Of a DNA stretch of 64,000 bases, positions 1-13,838 are shown in pieces. How positions within the stretch are numbered: position 1 is the stretch's first letter; each line of letters starts with the position of its first letter. The notes below the pieces were generated by a model. That model had not been told where the DNA came from and made no database searches. It saw only the letters and a list, made by a program, of their open reading frames with translations. The position numbers and the translations under genes are program-made. Source of the DNA: Antedon mediterranea (taxonomy: Eukaryota > Animalia > Echinodermata); the NCBI RefSeq assembly GCF_964355755.1, contig NC_092671.1, positions 1,488,001-1,552,000 on the forward strand, given 5' to 3'.

Positions 1-3000
1 ATTTAATATAGTTCATTATAGTATAGATTATTCCATATCATTAATTTGTTTTTAAATAATATCCCATTTATAAATAATAAATTTAATATTTTTTTCAAAC
101 ATAATATTCCACTATTTCATATAGCACCTCAATTACAATAATTTAATATAATTCCATATTTTCATTAACATTTCATTTATAATAATTTTCATTTATAATA
201 ATTTTAACATTTATTTAAAGATTATTATTTAAAAAATAATATTTTAGTAGTATTATAATATAAAAATTAAAAAACTTATGCACAAGCAGAATATTAAATA
301 TAATAATTATAATTTGATTGACATTACAATGTTTGAAATCTTTTTAATATTATCACAAAAAAATATATTATATTCATATTATTCTTTTAGTGTCTGTGTT
401 AAAAAAACATTATTTTTTAGGTGAAATAATGGATTTATATATTTATTTAGTACCCATCTTATAAGGCGATTTATATAAGCCATACTCAAATGCCAAGTAT
501 CCAACAAAGATACGCAAACGTATTAGTTTTTATTTTTGGAATGAAAACTAAAACTCCTACGTATGAAACTGAGAGTAGTGAATAATAAGTTGATCTATGA
601 GAAGCTATCAGGGTGTTTTCAGCCTTGTCATGCAATCTTAACGTAGTAGATCGTTGTTGAAGGAATCGATAGTAGAGTTATAAAAGGTCAAAGGTGAACT
701 AATGTTTTTACCTTGAATCTCTGAATTAATGTATTATGAAATACAGGTGAATGAGATTATTAGTTTATCATTCAATAGTATACAAATAATGGTGAAAGAT
801 AAATTCTATTTTCATGATGCGCAGCCTGAGTGAAAATAAACACGATCGTTAAATAGTATGTACTATTGCATGCCATGTGACTTACAATCGTCCAATCAAA
901 TGACAGGAATTTATTCAGGTGTGCCGAATAATCAGTTAAGTGTACAATATTCATTTCTAATAATTAGCCATGGCAAGTAGTTGCAGTTTTCTGTAAAAGA
1001 TGTAGCTACCTTTTATACAAAAATAATCTATTATCAATGACAATTTTCAGCGAGCCTACAAAACCTAAAGAATCTTAAAAGAGCCGCTTATAGCGTTTGA
1101 CAACATCAATTGCAATAATAGTACATTTTAATCCCAGTAATAATGATAATCACACGTACGCAACATTAGTAATGTTGTAATAATGAACAATGTGATGATG
1201 AAAATGCACTTATACATTTCAATTATCCTACCAATTTTCATAAAAGCTTTCTTCTTTCACCGAAAGCCTTTCTTGCCAATCTTGTTTATTATGGAAAACA
1301 CGTCTTTCAGCTTTTAACATATTAATTTTTACTTCTTATTTATTCTAATTTTCTGATACTGTAGAAAAGTGATTTACCTTATAACTTCTACTCATATTTT
1401 GTGTACCATTCAGGATTTACGGGAAAGGGCTATCATATAATTAAATAAGGAGTAATTTTATTTTAACTATCAAAGGGGAGCGTTAGTCCGAAGCCCACTA
1501 CTGACCTGAATTCTGTCCTGCCAGTGTAATATTCTTTACAGAAAACGTCAGTTTCAAATTTTTTTTCCTTTGTTTTCTTTACTGTACATTATGTTATTAC
1601 TTTTTATGGCGCTTCTCACGTTTCTTTTATTTTCTTCCTTACTATTAATATTAATAATAATAATAAATAATATTAAAAAGAACCGATGGGTGTAGAGAAC
1701 CAAACATTTGAAATGATATGTTTTGAGCCATAATTTCTTTTATTTGTTTCTATTGAAGAAGTAGAAATTAAACTGGTGTTGGTACCTTTCTTTTTTGTAA
1801 GGAATTTTTTGCAAGAAAAACCAAACAAATTTAGTTATAAAACCAAATTTCTTGAGCAAAGAAATGTGTTCATAAGTTTAAAATGGCTAAAAATATAATT
1901 TTATATTGACTTAAGTTTGGTTACTTGGTGATGGAAATTGTCATTGAAATTTAGTCCTTACACAGAGTGGTATATGCTTTCACTCGTTGTATTGCATATT
2001 ATTCATATGCTTTTATACTTTGTAAACCGGAAAAATAGTGATGAATAGAAAATAACTGCCTTTATGGAATTTTCCCTCAAGTGTTTTTGATAAAAGTTGT
2101 ATAAAATCAGCTGAGTGAAAATATTCAACAATAATAAATAGCTATTTGTATCTAGTTTATTATTATAACTTTGTTGCCATTTGCTGGTTGTTGTTTGGAA
2201 TTTCATTTTCACATTTGTAATAGCCATTTTCACTTTTAAAAATTGTCAATGTACTGTAGGCCTATACTTAAATATAACAATGATAACTAATTTATCAATA
2301 GGCCTGTAAGTAATGAAAAAAAATGTATTATTTATATTTTTACGTGCCCTTATTATTATCCCTGGAAGTTATCCATTGAATTTGAATTCATTTTGGCTGG
2401 GTTTGATTGTTCTTTTTTATCGGACTGTTTCAAATAAATGTGAATGGAATCATGAAATCAAATCATTAGTTTTTTGCTAATTTACTCTTATTATATTGAA
2501 TCTAGTTACTATTAGCTAAAAAAAGAAATATGTTCAGTTCGTGTTTGCATTACTGATGATCAACATTAATGTTATTCATTCTTTAAAATATCATTAATAA
2601 TTGCTTAATATTAGAATTATGATTGACAAATGTGTTTGCTGAACTAGAATTTGGTATTAACATTAATATGCAGTCTTTAGAATTTTGCTTTTAACATTAA
2701 TATTACATGAACAGCCTGGCATTCTGCCAAGTATTGATCGTACCATTTTTAGATTTACAACATTATACAACATTGAAAAGTAAGTCATGCTCAACTGAAA
2801 AACTGTACGTAGACATCTGTATTTTAGATTTGAGATTTGTAGAATTTAATAGTCCATACTAAACACAAGGAGTCATGTTACTTCACTCTTGATATGCATA
2901 GTTGCTTCTGTTGATTTTATCAAATTTATTTTTTAGTCTATTACAAACAAACAGATAAATATGTCTACTTAACCAGTACTGCAGAACATAAACCAGCCCT

Positions 3001-3430
3001 TTGCAACATTTTGTCAAGTTTAAGCAGGTGTGCTTATACTACCAGGGACCAAAATGTAGAACAGGGTTAACACCAAATATAGGGATCACTTGAGCTGCAA
3101 ACAAAAATTGTTAGACAACGTCCCCTTATTCGTCAATTGCTACTAAGTATTGACTCATTGGGGAGCAAAAAAAAAGGGGGATGGGGGTGAGAAAGACTAA
3201 AAGAAAAGAATATTTATTTAGAAGCTATTTGTCGCTGCTTTGATGTTATTTGAATCCTATGGGTTATGGTTTAAATGTGATATCAACATCATATAGCATG
3301 TATTTCTCTATTGCTCTTAATATTATCTGTTTTTTAAATTTTTGCTTTAAGCTCTGTCTACACTGGCTATGTGACACAATTGTGATTTACCCATATGGAC
3401 ATGGTGTTAATAATAATAGTATCCTGGATT

Positions 3431-3650
3431 AATATAGCACCTAATGTTGTGAAACCTCTAAGCGCTGAACATTATTGCCACAGTCAAACATGTATGGAAA
3501 CATACACCGATAATGTAGCTAGTAATCAGCGCAAAGTTGTCTCCTGATCTAACCGGGTTCCCATTCATACACCTAGGTGGAGAGAGGCAAACGTAAGTAA
3601 ATTATTGCCTGAGGATCCAAGCAATACAGCGAGAGTTGGATTCAAACCTC
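3431..3650 (-). mobile_element. Degenerate tRNA-derived SINE (CORE/V-like body, L2-like 3' tail), 5' head missing
   Basis: The minus strand reads a B-box-like GGTTTGAATCC, then 'tcctcaggcaataatttactt...tgcctctctccacctaggtgtatgaatggg', and ends 'agcgcttagagg...gtgctatattaat'. This is a typical SINE body and LINE2-type tail. Confidence 0.55.
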
Positions 3651-3659
3651 TTCTCTTCA

Positions 3660-3993
3660 TCTATTTTAAGGAGCAAACTTCATAGTTGAAGGCTACTGCT
3701 CCACTAAGGGTCCCATTGTGACATCGGCAGCCAACTACGGCGCCAATACGTCTGTCCACGACAGTGTGTGTATATGAATGAACTAGTAACCTCCTACTCG
3801 TTTCGAAAGATGTACTAGGTTCTTTAAAGTTCACATGAGCCAGATGTACACTGGACCTACGGTTTATAGTCCTTATCCGAGAAGACTTGTTCTACCACTA
3901 AAACCATGGAGCGAGTGAGCCTCGAACCCTTGCCAACGGTATGGCTATGGATTTCGGTTCCACTGTCTTAACTGCTCGGCCTCAATCTCACCA
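3660..3993 (-). mobile_element. tRNA-derived SINE with Deu/Nin central domain (copy 2)
   Basis: 3786-3993 is the reverse complement of 20284-20490 with scattered substitutions. It includes A-box GGCCGAGCAG, B-box GGTTCGAGGC and the core TCGGATAAGGACTATAAACC...TTTAAAGAACC...GAGTAGG. Confidence 0.85.
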
Positions 3994-4567
3994 TCAACAC
4001 ACTACTATTTGGGCACATCACACTTTTCAAATTCGTTTAATAATATAGCTTTATGATTTAAATGTGGCATCAATATAGCATATGTTTCTTTTGCTTTAAG
4101 GCTACATTTGACATGGGCTTTAAACCACATATGAATAATGATAACTTGTTTATGATATTAATATGTAAATTGTATAGGTGACTTGTACTTTTTCAGGATG
4201 TAAAGATTATACTTATTACTACATGTACTTTATATTACAATTTTTTTCTCTTTTTTATTTTATAATATGATAAAGAATACAATAGTAGGAATAAAACGTA
4301 GTTTAGTCGATGTAAAATGTTTCATTATAAGAATGAATTTTATAGGCATATTAAAAAAAATGAACAATGCTATAGCAATGTTAAGAATTTATAGAATAGA
4401 GGTCTATTGTTGGTTGTATCCTGTATTGTCTGTTATTTGTTTAATATATCAGGTTAAGAAATTGCTGGCTAAGCAAGTTAGAAAGGAAAAATTAAAAGAA
4501 TTTCTCTCCATAGATACTTATTAATTTGAAACGATAAAGATCTGTAAAGAATTTATTATAAATATTT

Positions 4568-4673
4568 AAAGATGTATTGTCCCCTTGAAAAAATTATTAT
4601 TTAAATTTTTGTTGTTGAATAAGCCATTTAATGTCATATAATAGTTATCCACTTCGACCAAAAATTAAATGGA
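4568..4673 (+). repeat. Dispersed ~105-bp repeat (second copy ~24796-24892)
   Basis: 'aaagatgtattgt...ttgttgaataagccattt...ataatagtt...gaccaaaaattaaatgg' is matched by 'aaagatatattgt...ttgttgaatatgccattt...ataatagtt...gaccaaagattgaattgg'. Confidence 0.6.
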
Positions 4674-7467
4674 AAAAAAAAATTTTTAACTGAAAAATAC
4701 TATAATTTAAAGCAAAAAACAGTAAAATTGGCTGCCAGAATTTTTGGTTGAATTTAACCATTTATTTTGTCATTTTAAAATGGAAAACATAATTGTTTTC
4801 GGTTTTTTTCTACAGAAGTGATTAACTTTATTAAAACTACAAAATAACCTATTCAAAATCTGATTTTTTCACAATACATCTTTAAAAGTTTGCTTACTTA
4901 CACAAAGAATTTGGAAGAAGAGATCGAGGTGAGTATTTATTTATTCCCATGCTATTCAATTACAAATATGTAATTCAAGTTTAACTAGTGCTACAATTTA
5001 CTGTATATCTAAGTCGGATGAAGGTACAGTAACAAGCTCATCAGCGCACCCTCTCCACCAAAAATTTATTAATTTGCGGTTTATAAATCTTGTGTTCAAA
5101 ATTGTTTTTATGTAACCACATAAATCTCAGATTTCCTGCTCTTATGTAGCAGATACACAGTTAATCCAACATTGTATTAAGAGGATTAAGATTTACTTGT
5201 TACATTCTGATCGACATGTATATACTAATCCCTTATTGTGGTATTTGCTTGATCATACCTTCTTGTGAAACCAGATTATGTAAGGTGTACAAAAAAACAA
5301 ATATTATAATATGCACATTGTCATATTTTACAATTCCAGCAATTTATTAACCCATATCAAATGTAGCTCTGTAAACGAATCAGAGTTTTATAAGAGTTAA
5401 CCAATTACTTGTGTCAGATATAAATCTGATTAGGATTAGCTTTGTTATCCATGTTTAACACTAGTGCGTATGAACACAGCTATGGTCTTTATAACTATAG
5501 TTGTTTTATAACATTTGTTTAGACAGGTATGGAGTTTTTTTGGACAAAAATATGTTTTTACAGGAAACTGCTCTACATCAACTTCCCAAATTATACACCA
5601 TGAAATAAAACTGAAAGTTAATTACTATGTTGTGTACATATTGTAGACACTCCTTGTTTTTTTATTATTACATCAAAATAAAACATAAATACCATAGAAG
5701 ATGCAACATCTTTAATAATAATAAATAAATAATAAAAAGCGGGTTACACTTGGGATACACACTCTCCCATTTTGTCAGCTAAAATGAAATTTTGAACTAC
5801 CTGTACTTTTTTTGATATCTATATTTTGATAGACTATTAATATTTTAGTAAATGATAGCTTAGCATATGCATTTACAAACTCTTTTTTTTTTTTTTTTTT
5901 TCATAGAAAAATCATATTGTGTTTAACTGATACAGTTTAACATTGCATCTTAAAACAATAACTAAAACATAGTCTGCTGCCCTCAGTGTCTGCTGTCTGG
6001 TCTGTAATGGTATGCAGATGTGAGGTGACAGGTCTATAGTAACAATTAGTCCTCAGACTAGCTAACATCAATCATTTCTACTTTAAATATTTGTTATTAG
6101 CTTTCTTAAAAATCATTACTGTACTTCTTATATTTTATGATAATATAAAGTGATTCTCGTCGTCCTAAAGTCAGGATACGTTTTGGAAATGAGCTACCGA
6201 ATAGAAATGAATTTCCGGTTTTAACCCCTGAGAGGAAATCCTGTAGATAGAATCTGCATGTCATTGACCTCTCTGACCCTTTCAGATGTCAGGAAACTGT
6301 AGGTTTGTGTACTATGCTATGATTTATTGAAAAATATATTATGATGTTTATTAGTTTTGATATTTTTTAGAATGTGGTAGTTGATACAACTAAAGCTATG
6401 TTAAGCTCGTCTCTCTATCATATATTGCGATATATTGAAGTTACATTGTGGTTCAGCTTCTTTTACGTTCGAATGCAAAAAAAATACCTTTGCTAATGTT
6501 AAAATCGCAAACCTATTGGTTTTAAAAACTCTTTTTCTTCTCTTTTGTCTGATTATCCCACATTTATTCATTCTAAATTTCTTTTCATTTTATTCAAGAC
6601 ATACCAATTATTAATTAAGAACCCAACATTGAAAAGTAGTAAAATAAAATGCATATGACGCATAGTATACAGTGCACTGCAATGGTCCAGTACACATGAC
6701 TAACTATTTTTTATATTAAAAATTACAACATACATTACAAAATATGATGTGAACAATAATATACAGTTAAAAACATTCATGTTGGAGTAAATTGGAGACT
6801 ATGTAAGATATGGTTAGCCATAGAGGTGTGATAATGTGAAGAATGAGTCAATTTGCAAGAGTGCCACTGGATTGGTTCATTTCAGTTTTTTTTATGTGAA
6901 TAAAAAATCAAGACGTTTTACTTGTTTTTCTTCAATCTATTTATAGTTTTGACATTTTAGATGAAAACTCCATCCAGCTGCTATGAATAATTCCTTCCCT
7001 TGTTGTTTAGCCAATTTCGAATAAACGTCAATTTTGTCTATTTTGCGAAAATTGTAACTGGATTGGATTTTGAAGATAATTGCTGAAACTCCAATGTACG
7101 TCAAGACTGGTTGTGACTCAACCAAATTTAGTACTTTAACTCGCTAGCAAAGCACAACAGTTTAAATCGGCCTAACTTACCTAAAAATAGATTGTATCGT
7201 CTTCCAGTGTATTATCAAATTTACTGAATCAAGGGATTCGTTAATTTGTGACCTATTATAGACAATTAATTTTGTGGTAAATCCACTTGTCCTGAAAAAT
7301 TCAGCTCTGTAATTCTGAATTGAAATATAAAACTTTTCCGAAAAATATGCCAATAAATTAACAAACCATTAATTAATAAATGCTGTTGGTGTTGGTCAGA
7401 GCTTTCAAGAAGATAAAAACAAATAAAATATCAATTTGTTTTAATAGTCTGTATAATCATAATTTAT

Positions 7468-8915
7468 AACTAGATTTAATTCGTCACTATGACGAATTAT
7501 AGGTTATATGCATTGATTTAAATAAAGATAATTGATTTTTAAAAGATATTTTGATTCATTGATTTTCTCAGATTCTTTAATTATTTATAATATATGATAG
7601 GACCTTGCTAACGCGAATACAATAGCCGGTATCACAATCCGATCAAAGATCCCTCTGCGTATAATGTCATAAACCACATTTGCTGTTACATAATAATAAA
7701 GACATAAGTTATTTTTTATCTAGATTTCATTATAAATCATGTGTATAATATATACACTAAGAAATAAATTTGAACAAACAATACGGATAATAAAAAAAAA
7801 ATCTTATTTCGTTTCCCAAGGTGAGACTCGATCTCGGTACCTTGAGTGCCATAGACACGAGCACACACTACCGAGCCATACACAACTGACTAAAAATTGT
7901 AGAAAAATTCCTCCGTATATTTACTATGCAGTAACCACTTTGGTGCAGATAGATTATTACATACCGCAATGAATTATAATTTTTTACTATGATGACATCT
8001 CTAAAAATGTACAAAAAGGATGCACTGTCAAACTATATACTTTTAACTTTAATATATGAACTTTTGAAGGAAGAAAGTTAATGTTAAGTTTGTTATTTTG
8101 GCCTAAGAAAATGTCATAATTTGTTTGATTGTCGAAATGAATTTTTTTTAATTTAATATGCAATTAATTATGGCTTAATCAACTTTTGTTCCCTTAGTTT
8201 AATAATAAATCATACATAAGATACATACACTTCAAGAAAATGAAATAAAAAATATGTGTTCCCGAGCATTCTGACGATCTATATTAATTTTAAAATTTAG
8301 CATATTTTCACCATTTTGTTAACTTACACGTGCGTAGCCTGTCACTTTTGACGTGCTCGTATAAGGCAATTACGCGTTGAAAAGTGAATAAAATATGATG
8401 ATATTATTAAAGAAAGGTTGTACAACCGAAATCGGACAAAAAGAGTGCGCATTAACGTATAACGCGCAGTGCGCGTGCAAAAATCTGCGCACTCATGGCA
8501 ATTTTGTAAACGCTTAAAATTGCCTGAAACGTACTCTAATTTCATCGAAAATAAATTTTGACAATTTTGAACATTTTAAGCGCGCGTACGCAAGCGTTAT
8601 ATGCGCTACGCACGTAATTGTATTGCCATATGATGAAATATGACCTGAAATTTATGAGTACCAAATTTTGTTTAATTGTGATTCATGCTTGTGAAGATGT
8701 GATTACAAACGTGATTTCGTAAAATCGCGCGTAGACCGCGTAATTTTTGATTACGCATCGTGAAAATATAACCACATCGATTCCTGGCCATAAGGAATAT
8801 ACTCTGAAAAATTGACTTAGATAGATGAAACTGATATCAAGATAATTCACGGACAAAATAGTGCTAAGGAAAGAATAAATAAATAAATAAAGATTTTGAC
8901 AGAATATAACCTAAT
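7468..8915 (-). mobile_element. Non-autonomous Helitron/Helentron-type element (HINE-like)
   Basis: The minus-strand 3' end is a perfect 10-bp hairpin TAATTCGTCA-cta-TGACGAATTA (7477-7499) followed by CTAG. Subterminal inverted repeat TAGGTTATAT (7500-7509)/ATATAACCTA (8904-8913). (AATA)n microsatellite near the 5' end and a CpG-rich core at 8330-8760. Confidence 0.65.
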
Positions 8916-9559
8916 TATACGATCTCTCATGGCCATAAGTGTTTTTTTTTATATTTTGTAATATCTCATTTAAATCTTCAGGAATATTATGAGATCTGTA
9001 ATTTTTAATTACATGGTTACAAATGTGAAAGACAAAAACAAATGAAATAGTAACAAATTGAAACAAAACTATAATTTAATGTTTTAAATTTTGATCAGCT
9101 TCTGCTGAATAGACAACCCTTATTAAATATAGTTGAAATAAAATTAAAAAATGTGTTTGTATTTGATAATAAATGATGATTGTGGGGAGACACTCTACTA
9201 GAGGAAGCCAGGGTAATTGTTAGTAACATCTGTCCAATTAACAGCCACATTCTTTAGGCTGTGTATTAATATTCACGTTGATAGATTGAATTATGTTGAA
9301 TCTCATTCACGAATTCAGCATACGTTCAGGTTTAACATCGACCAATCAGAATCATGGATAGTCCCATGTTGTTCATTGTAGTATATACTCAGCATTATGT
9401 TTTAGTTTTAATGCTTATTTCATCATTACAACAGGGAGTTGATTACAATGTATAATTGAAGGACTTGAGATACAGCACCTAAATTAAAACTATTGATCCT
9501 TTATTATATACATATCATCCTTGAAAATAACTAGGCTTTAGTCTTAACATATTTAAGTA

Positions 9560-9680
9560 CAGTGGCGTATCCAAAATAGGGAGTTTCCAAAATTAAGTTC
9601 CGATTTTTCATCTAATGTCCCATCTTTTGCAATTTTAGGCTGACGCTCCTTCCCTCCTTCTTGAACTGAATCCGCCTATG
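9560..9680. mobile_element. Degenerate hAT-like MITE remnant
   Basis: Begins CAGTGGCGTATCC and ends GAATCCGCCTATG (imperfect inverted termini). Confidence 0.4.
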
Positions 9681-10740
9681 AAGTCAAACATTTGAGACTG
9701 GATTATTAATACTGAATCCTCCATAAACCACTCCTCTCTATCTAGTACTTTGAAAGGTATATAAATTTAATTTCACATTATTGTGTTTTAACATTTAAGA
9801 TAAATAATAATAATAAGATAATATATCTATTCAAGTGTAATATTTAGATTCATATGCAATTACCCAGTGACAGCTACCCAGTTTATAGACAATTGATATA
9901 TTGTAATATCTATTAAATCTGTATATTTCTAGCAAACTATTATTATGATAGGCACTTCTATAATTTAAAATAACTTATGTATTCCTAATCTCTACATTTC
10001 CCAAAAGCTTCTTAGGATTTCACTATCTGATATCTGATACTTTTATTGATAGTAGCATAATGATATTACTACTACTAGAAATTCTATTTACAGATGTTTG
10101 TTTCTAGTCTGCTCATATAATTTGCATCTTTATTTAATTCTTCCAACTAGTAAATGAATTATATCAACTTGAAAACAAATTTAAAACAAATCATATTCAT
10201 AATTCATTCTTACATTGATGAAATTCACTGCTGCTATGTGTATATGTGTATTGAATAACTTGAATGTTCATTCGCATTCCAGTCACGTCTTTACAATGTG
10301 CTTAATGGCCAAAAAGACACTAAATTTGTAGTATTCATCAGATTTAAAGTTAATTCAAAACATGATACATCATCACAATCTATAATTACTTGTGGAAATG
10401 AACATTGTATGTAATTTCATGTAGAATCTCTTAGGATTTTCCCGGACTCTATTGATTTCTTAGCTTCTGATTACTTGCAGTCGAACCACACTAACTTATT
10501 GGATTGCTAGTAGCAGTGTATCACTCGCAGTAAATTATCAAAGAGGTCATCAAATGTGGGTCAAATGTTGATTCTGATCATGCTCGTTAAGAGTCGATAT
10601 CCTTCAGATGTAAAACAAATATGCAAGGATGATGTTGGGATCCTACAAATATTTCTCAACTATGTAAAACGCAAATGATGATGGTTTTTAAATTTAGAAT
10701 GTACTACAGTAGGCCTAAATTAGGAAGTGTAGAAAATGAA

Positions 10741-10831
10741 TGTATTTAGGCCTAAGCATTCTAAGGCTTAGGATTAACAAGTTTGTATTTAGGCCTAAGC
10801 ATTCTAAGGCTTAGGATTAACAAGTTTGTAT
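10741..10831. repeat. 43-bp tandem duplication
   Basis: tgtatttaggcctaagcattctaaggcttaggattaacaagtt x2. Confidence 0.9.
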
Positions 10832-11623
10832 GCTGAATTGTAAAATTCGTTGGTGGCTTTAACTTTCTTTTTAGAATTCTCTGATTCTCATTAAGTGTTC
10901 TATATATAGCTTGAAAAAAAAATTGAAAGTAAAAGAATCAGTTGTGGTATACAAATGTAACAACAATCACACAGATCTGTGATATTGTATCATGTGTGAA
11001 GAAAGCTCACAAATAGTATAGTTATCAGTATATTATAATTGTTATTAGCAATTTGTAGGATGCTGCACTAGAGTAAGATTACAGGACACAGTGTGTTAAT
11101 ACCTTACCTGTATTTTGTAGTGAGTTCAACTGTTCAATTTATTAGAACCCACTGTTTTCTTGATTAGCAGTAGCCAATCAAGTTGTATCATCACCTTCCC
11201 AAACCCCATCCCACCCTCCAATCAAAAGAACTCAAATTTCAGTGTTATATTATGTTTTCCTAACCTATGTTCTCAGTTGTCCTGACTGGCAATAAATTGT
11301 TATATATTTGACCACACAAACATGAATTAGTGTTTTACAATGTACAGTAAGTGTTGACCTTTAGCAATGAATAGCATAAAATTCACACTTTGTTTATAAT
11401 GGTAGAAAAACCAAAACAAGGTTTGAGCCATCCAGGGATCCTCTGGACAACTTTCACACAGTTTACATTTCAAACTGACCTACATCATAAAAGTAGGTCA
11501 GTCTAAAATGGTCACTCTGAAGGTCAACCACTGGTCAATAGCTCTTATTTCTTCAAACGCTAAAATTACTTCTATGTGTTTCTATTGCTTGTCTAACATT
11601 ACATTCTGAGTGTACTCGGAAAC

Positions 11624-11774
11624 CAGTAGCTAAGCGAGTATGAGCGCTCACTGGCTAAACTCGGGCCCTAGAGCATGAGCAGACTCAATACAACTACCCC
11701 CCCCCACCTTAAAATAGTGTGCTAAACATGGGGTCTTTGCCACCTATCACAATTATAGCAACGGTACATCAGTG
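11624..11774 (+). mobile_element. Dispersed hAT-like MITE (related copy at 30026-30194)
   Basis: Shared 'tatgagcg(t)tcactggctaaac...gggccctagagcat...caactaccc...gtgctaaac...ggtct' blocks. The copy at 30026 starts CAGTGGCGTA. Confidence 0.55.
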
Positions 11775-12538
11775 GAGGAGTTATTAAGGTTGATATGGAG
11801 GTATAATATAATTAAATGGTCATATGATATGTTCTCACCTCATCCCACTCTCTCTTCTGTGAGATGTAGTAGGTCACCCACAATTTACTGAACCTCAAAC
11901 AAACAATGAAACACAAACTTTTTACTCCGTATCATCAAGTATACTTTTCTTAAAATCCTGATCTCATTTCATCATTCATTATTTCATCATTTTGAGGATG
12001 AATATCATACACAAATACAAATAATTTTTAATAAAAGGAAGTATTGGTTGAAATGTAAATGAAACCATCCAAACTCAAGTATATATTTTAAATTTCTTGC
12101 ATCATTTTTTCTAATAATATATAAACATTCCACAAATTTCAAAATAACCACATAATAATAACGACAATGGTTTCTTTGAATTGACTTTCACTTTGGCGTG
12201 TGCTCAATTTTGAGGAATTTAAATGCTGATCATTTAGATCAACTTTGTGAATGAATATAAATCCCTCTAGAGATCCATTGATTGAATCATACAAATCTTT
12301 AACATTCTTACAAGATAAAATAACGATTTATTTACTACTCAACTTTCTCAAGTACCTTCCTCCCTTTTCTCTCTATACTGGATATTTTGAAGTGTTTACT
12401 TTAAATAAACAAATTTGTTTATTCCACATACCAATTGTTTCTGGATGTGTAGGATCTCAGGAGAGTGCTTGAAAATTAAAAAAAATTACTTATTTCATTT
12501 TATCTGTCAAAAAGGGAAGCATGAGTCATTAACACTCC

Positions 12539-12905
12539 CTCTGGATCTTCCTCCTGCAACTTCCCCCTGGATCTTCTCCCTAAATCTTCTCCCTGGATCT
12601 TCCCCTGGATTTTCTCCCTGGAAATTCCGCCTGGACCTTTGCTTGGATCTTCCTCCTGGATCTTCTTCCTGGATAGTCTTCCTGAATCTTCTCCCTGGAA
12701 TTTTCCCCTGGATCTTCTTCCTGGATCTTCTTCCTGGATCTTCTTCCTGGATCTTCCCCCTGGATCTTCCCCTAGGAACTTCCCCTGCTGGATCTTCCCC
12801 TGCTGGATCTTCCCCCTGGATCTTCCCCTAGGAACTTCCCCTGCTGGATCTTCCCCTGCTGGATCTTCCCCCTGGATCTTCCCCCTGGATCTTCCCCCTA
12901 GAACT
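12539..12905. repeat. Degenerate pyrimidine-rich minisatellite, core CTGGATCTTCCCC (12-16 bp units)
   Basis: Direct reading. It generates the repetitive ORFs at 12415-12923. Confidence 0.9.
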
Positions 12906-13838
12906 AAAGATAAATACAATTGATGGAATTACATGAACAAATAAATTCCTATATATAACCTGAAGCCAAAAATGTGTTAGATTGCTTCTAAAGTTTTTAA
13001 TGAGGTGGGAAGGTGTATTGGAATTCCATTTAAAGGTGGAGAGTTATCCCAAACGCATTTCAAATTGATGGATAGAGGTATTTCAACTTTGACCTTGTCC
13101 TTCTATAATTCATTTAAAAAACAAATTATAAAATACACACTGCTGTGTAATGTCATTGAATTTGAACTCCACAAAAATATAATGGATTTATTAATCGCTG
13201 TGTCACTTTAAATTTATTAAGTTAAGATTTATTTTCTGCAGGCAAATTGGAAAAGCTAAATGAGAATGTTTACTACTACAGTAGTACTCTACTCAGTCAT
13301 GCAAGGTAAAACGTTAATCAAGATTATTAATAAGAATTCAACGCCAGTAATAAATAACAAAACTCTAATTATTCAGTCTTTTTATACATATCCTTCAGCA
13401 TATTATTATATACTTTTCCATATTTCCTTGTTATAGGTATTTAGTTTGTTTTTATAGCATATAGCATTAATTTGAAACAAAAAAATGCAAAGCAACACAA
13501 GATTGTGTGTTTACACCAAAGGCACAGGATTGGATAAATATAGAATTTATTTTATTGCTTTTTTGCAAATATGAGCTCGTATATCCATTATACAGAATGT
13601 TTTACGACATATGGGCCATCGTAGCTGGGTGTTTTTACATTATTAAGGTGGGCTTTGATGTGTGTTATCAGGTGATGCAAGGGAACTTAATTTGATTTGG
13701 GAATTGTGGTGCCATTCAATAAAAAAAAGCACACAAGTATATAATAATATATTCCTTAAATCATTCAACTTTATTCATCCAGGCTTAGCTTAACTCATGA
13801 TTTCTTTTTTGGGGCCATGAAAATGAGGGTTTCTTTTC

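Noticed and set aside
1-760. Extremely AT-rich start as a possible organellar insertion or control region
   Set aside because: No recognisable mitochondrial gene, rRNA or tRNA motif. It cannot be supported without a search.
7175-7190. Minus-strand TTTTTAG|GTAAGT as a recursive splice site
   Set aside because: The polypyrimidine tract is short, and it is equally explained as an ordinary donor or by chance.
12415-12923. Pro/Ser/Gly-rich and GEDP-repeat ORFs
   Set aside because: Read-through of the degenerate CTGGATCTTCCCC minisatellite. Unit lengths are not consistently multiples of three.
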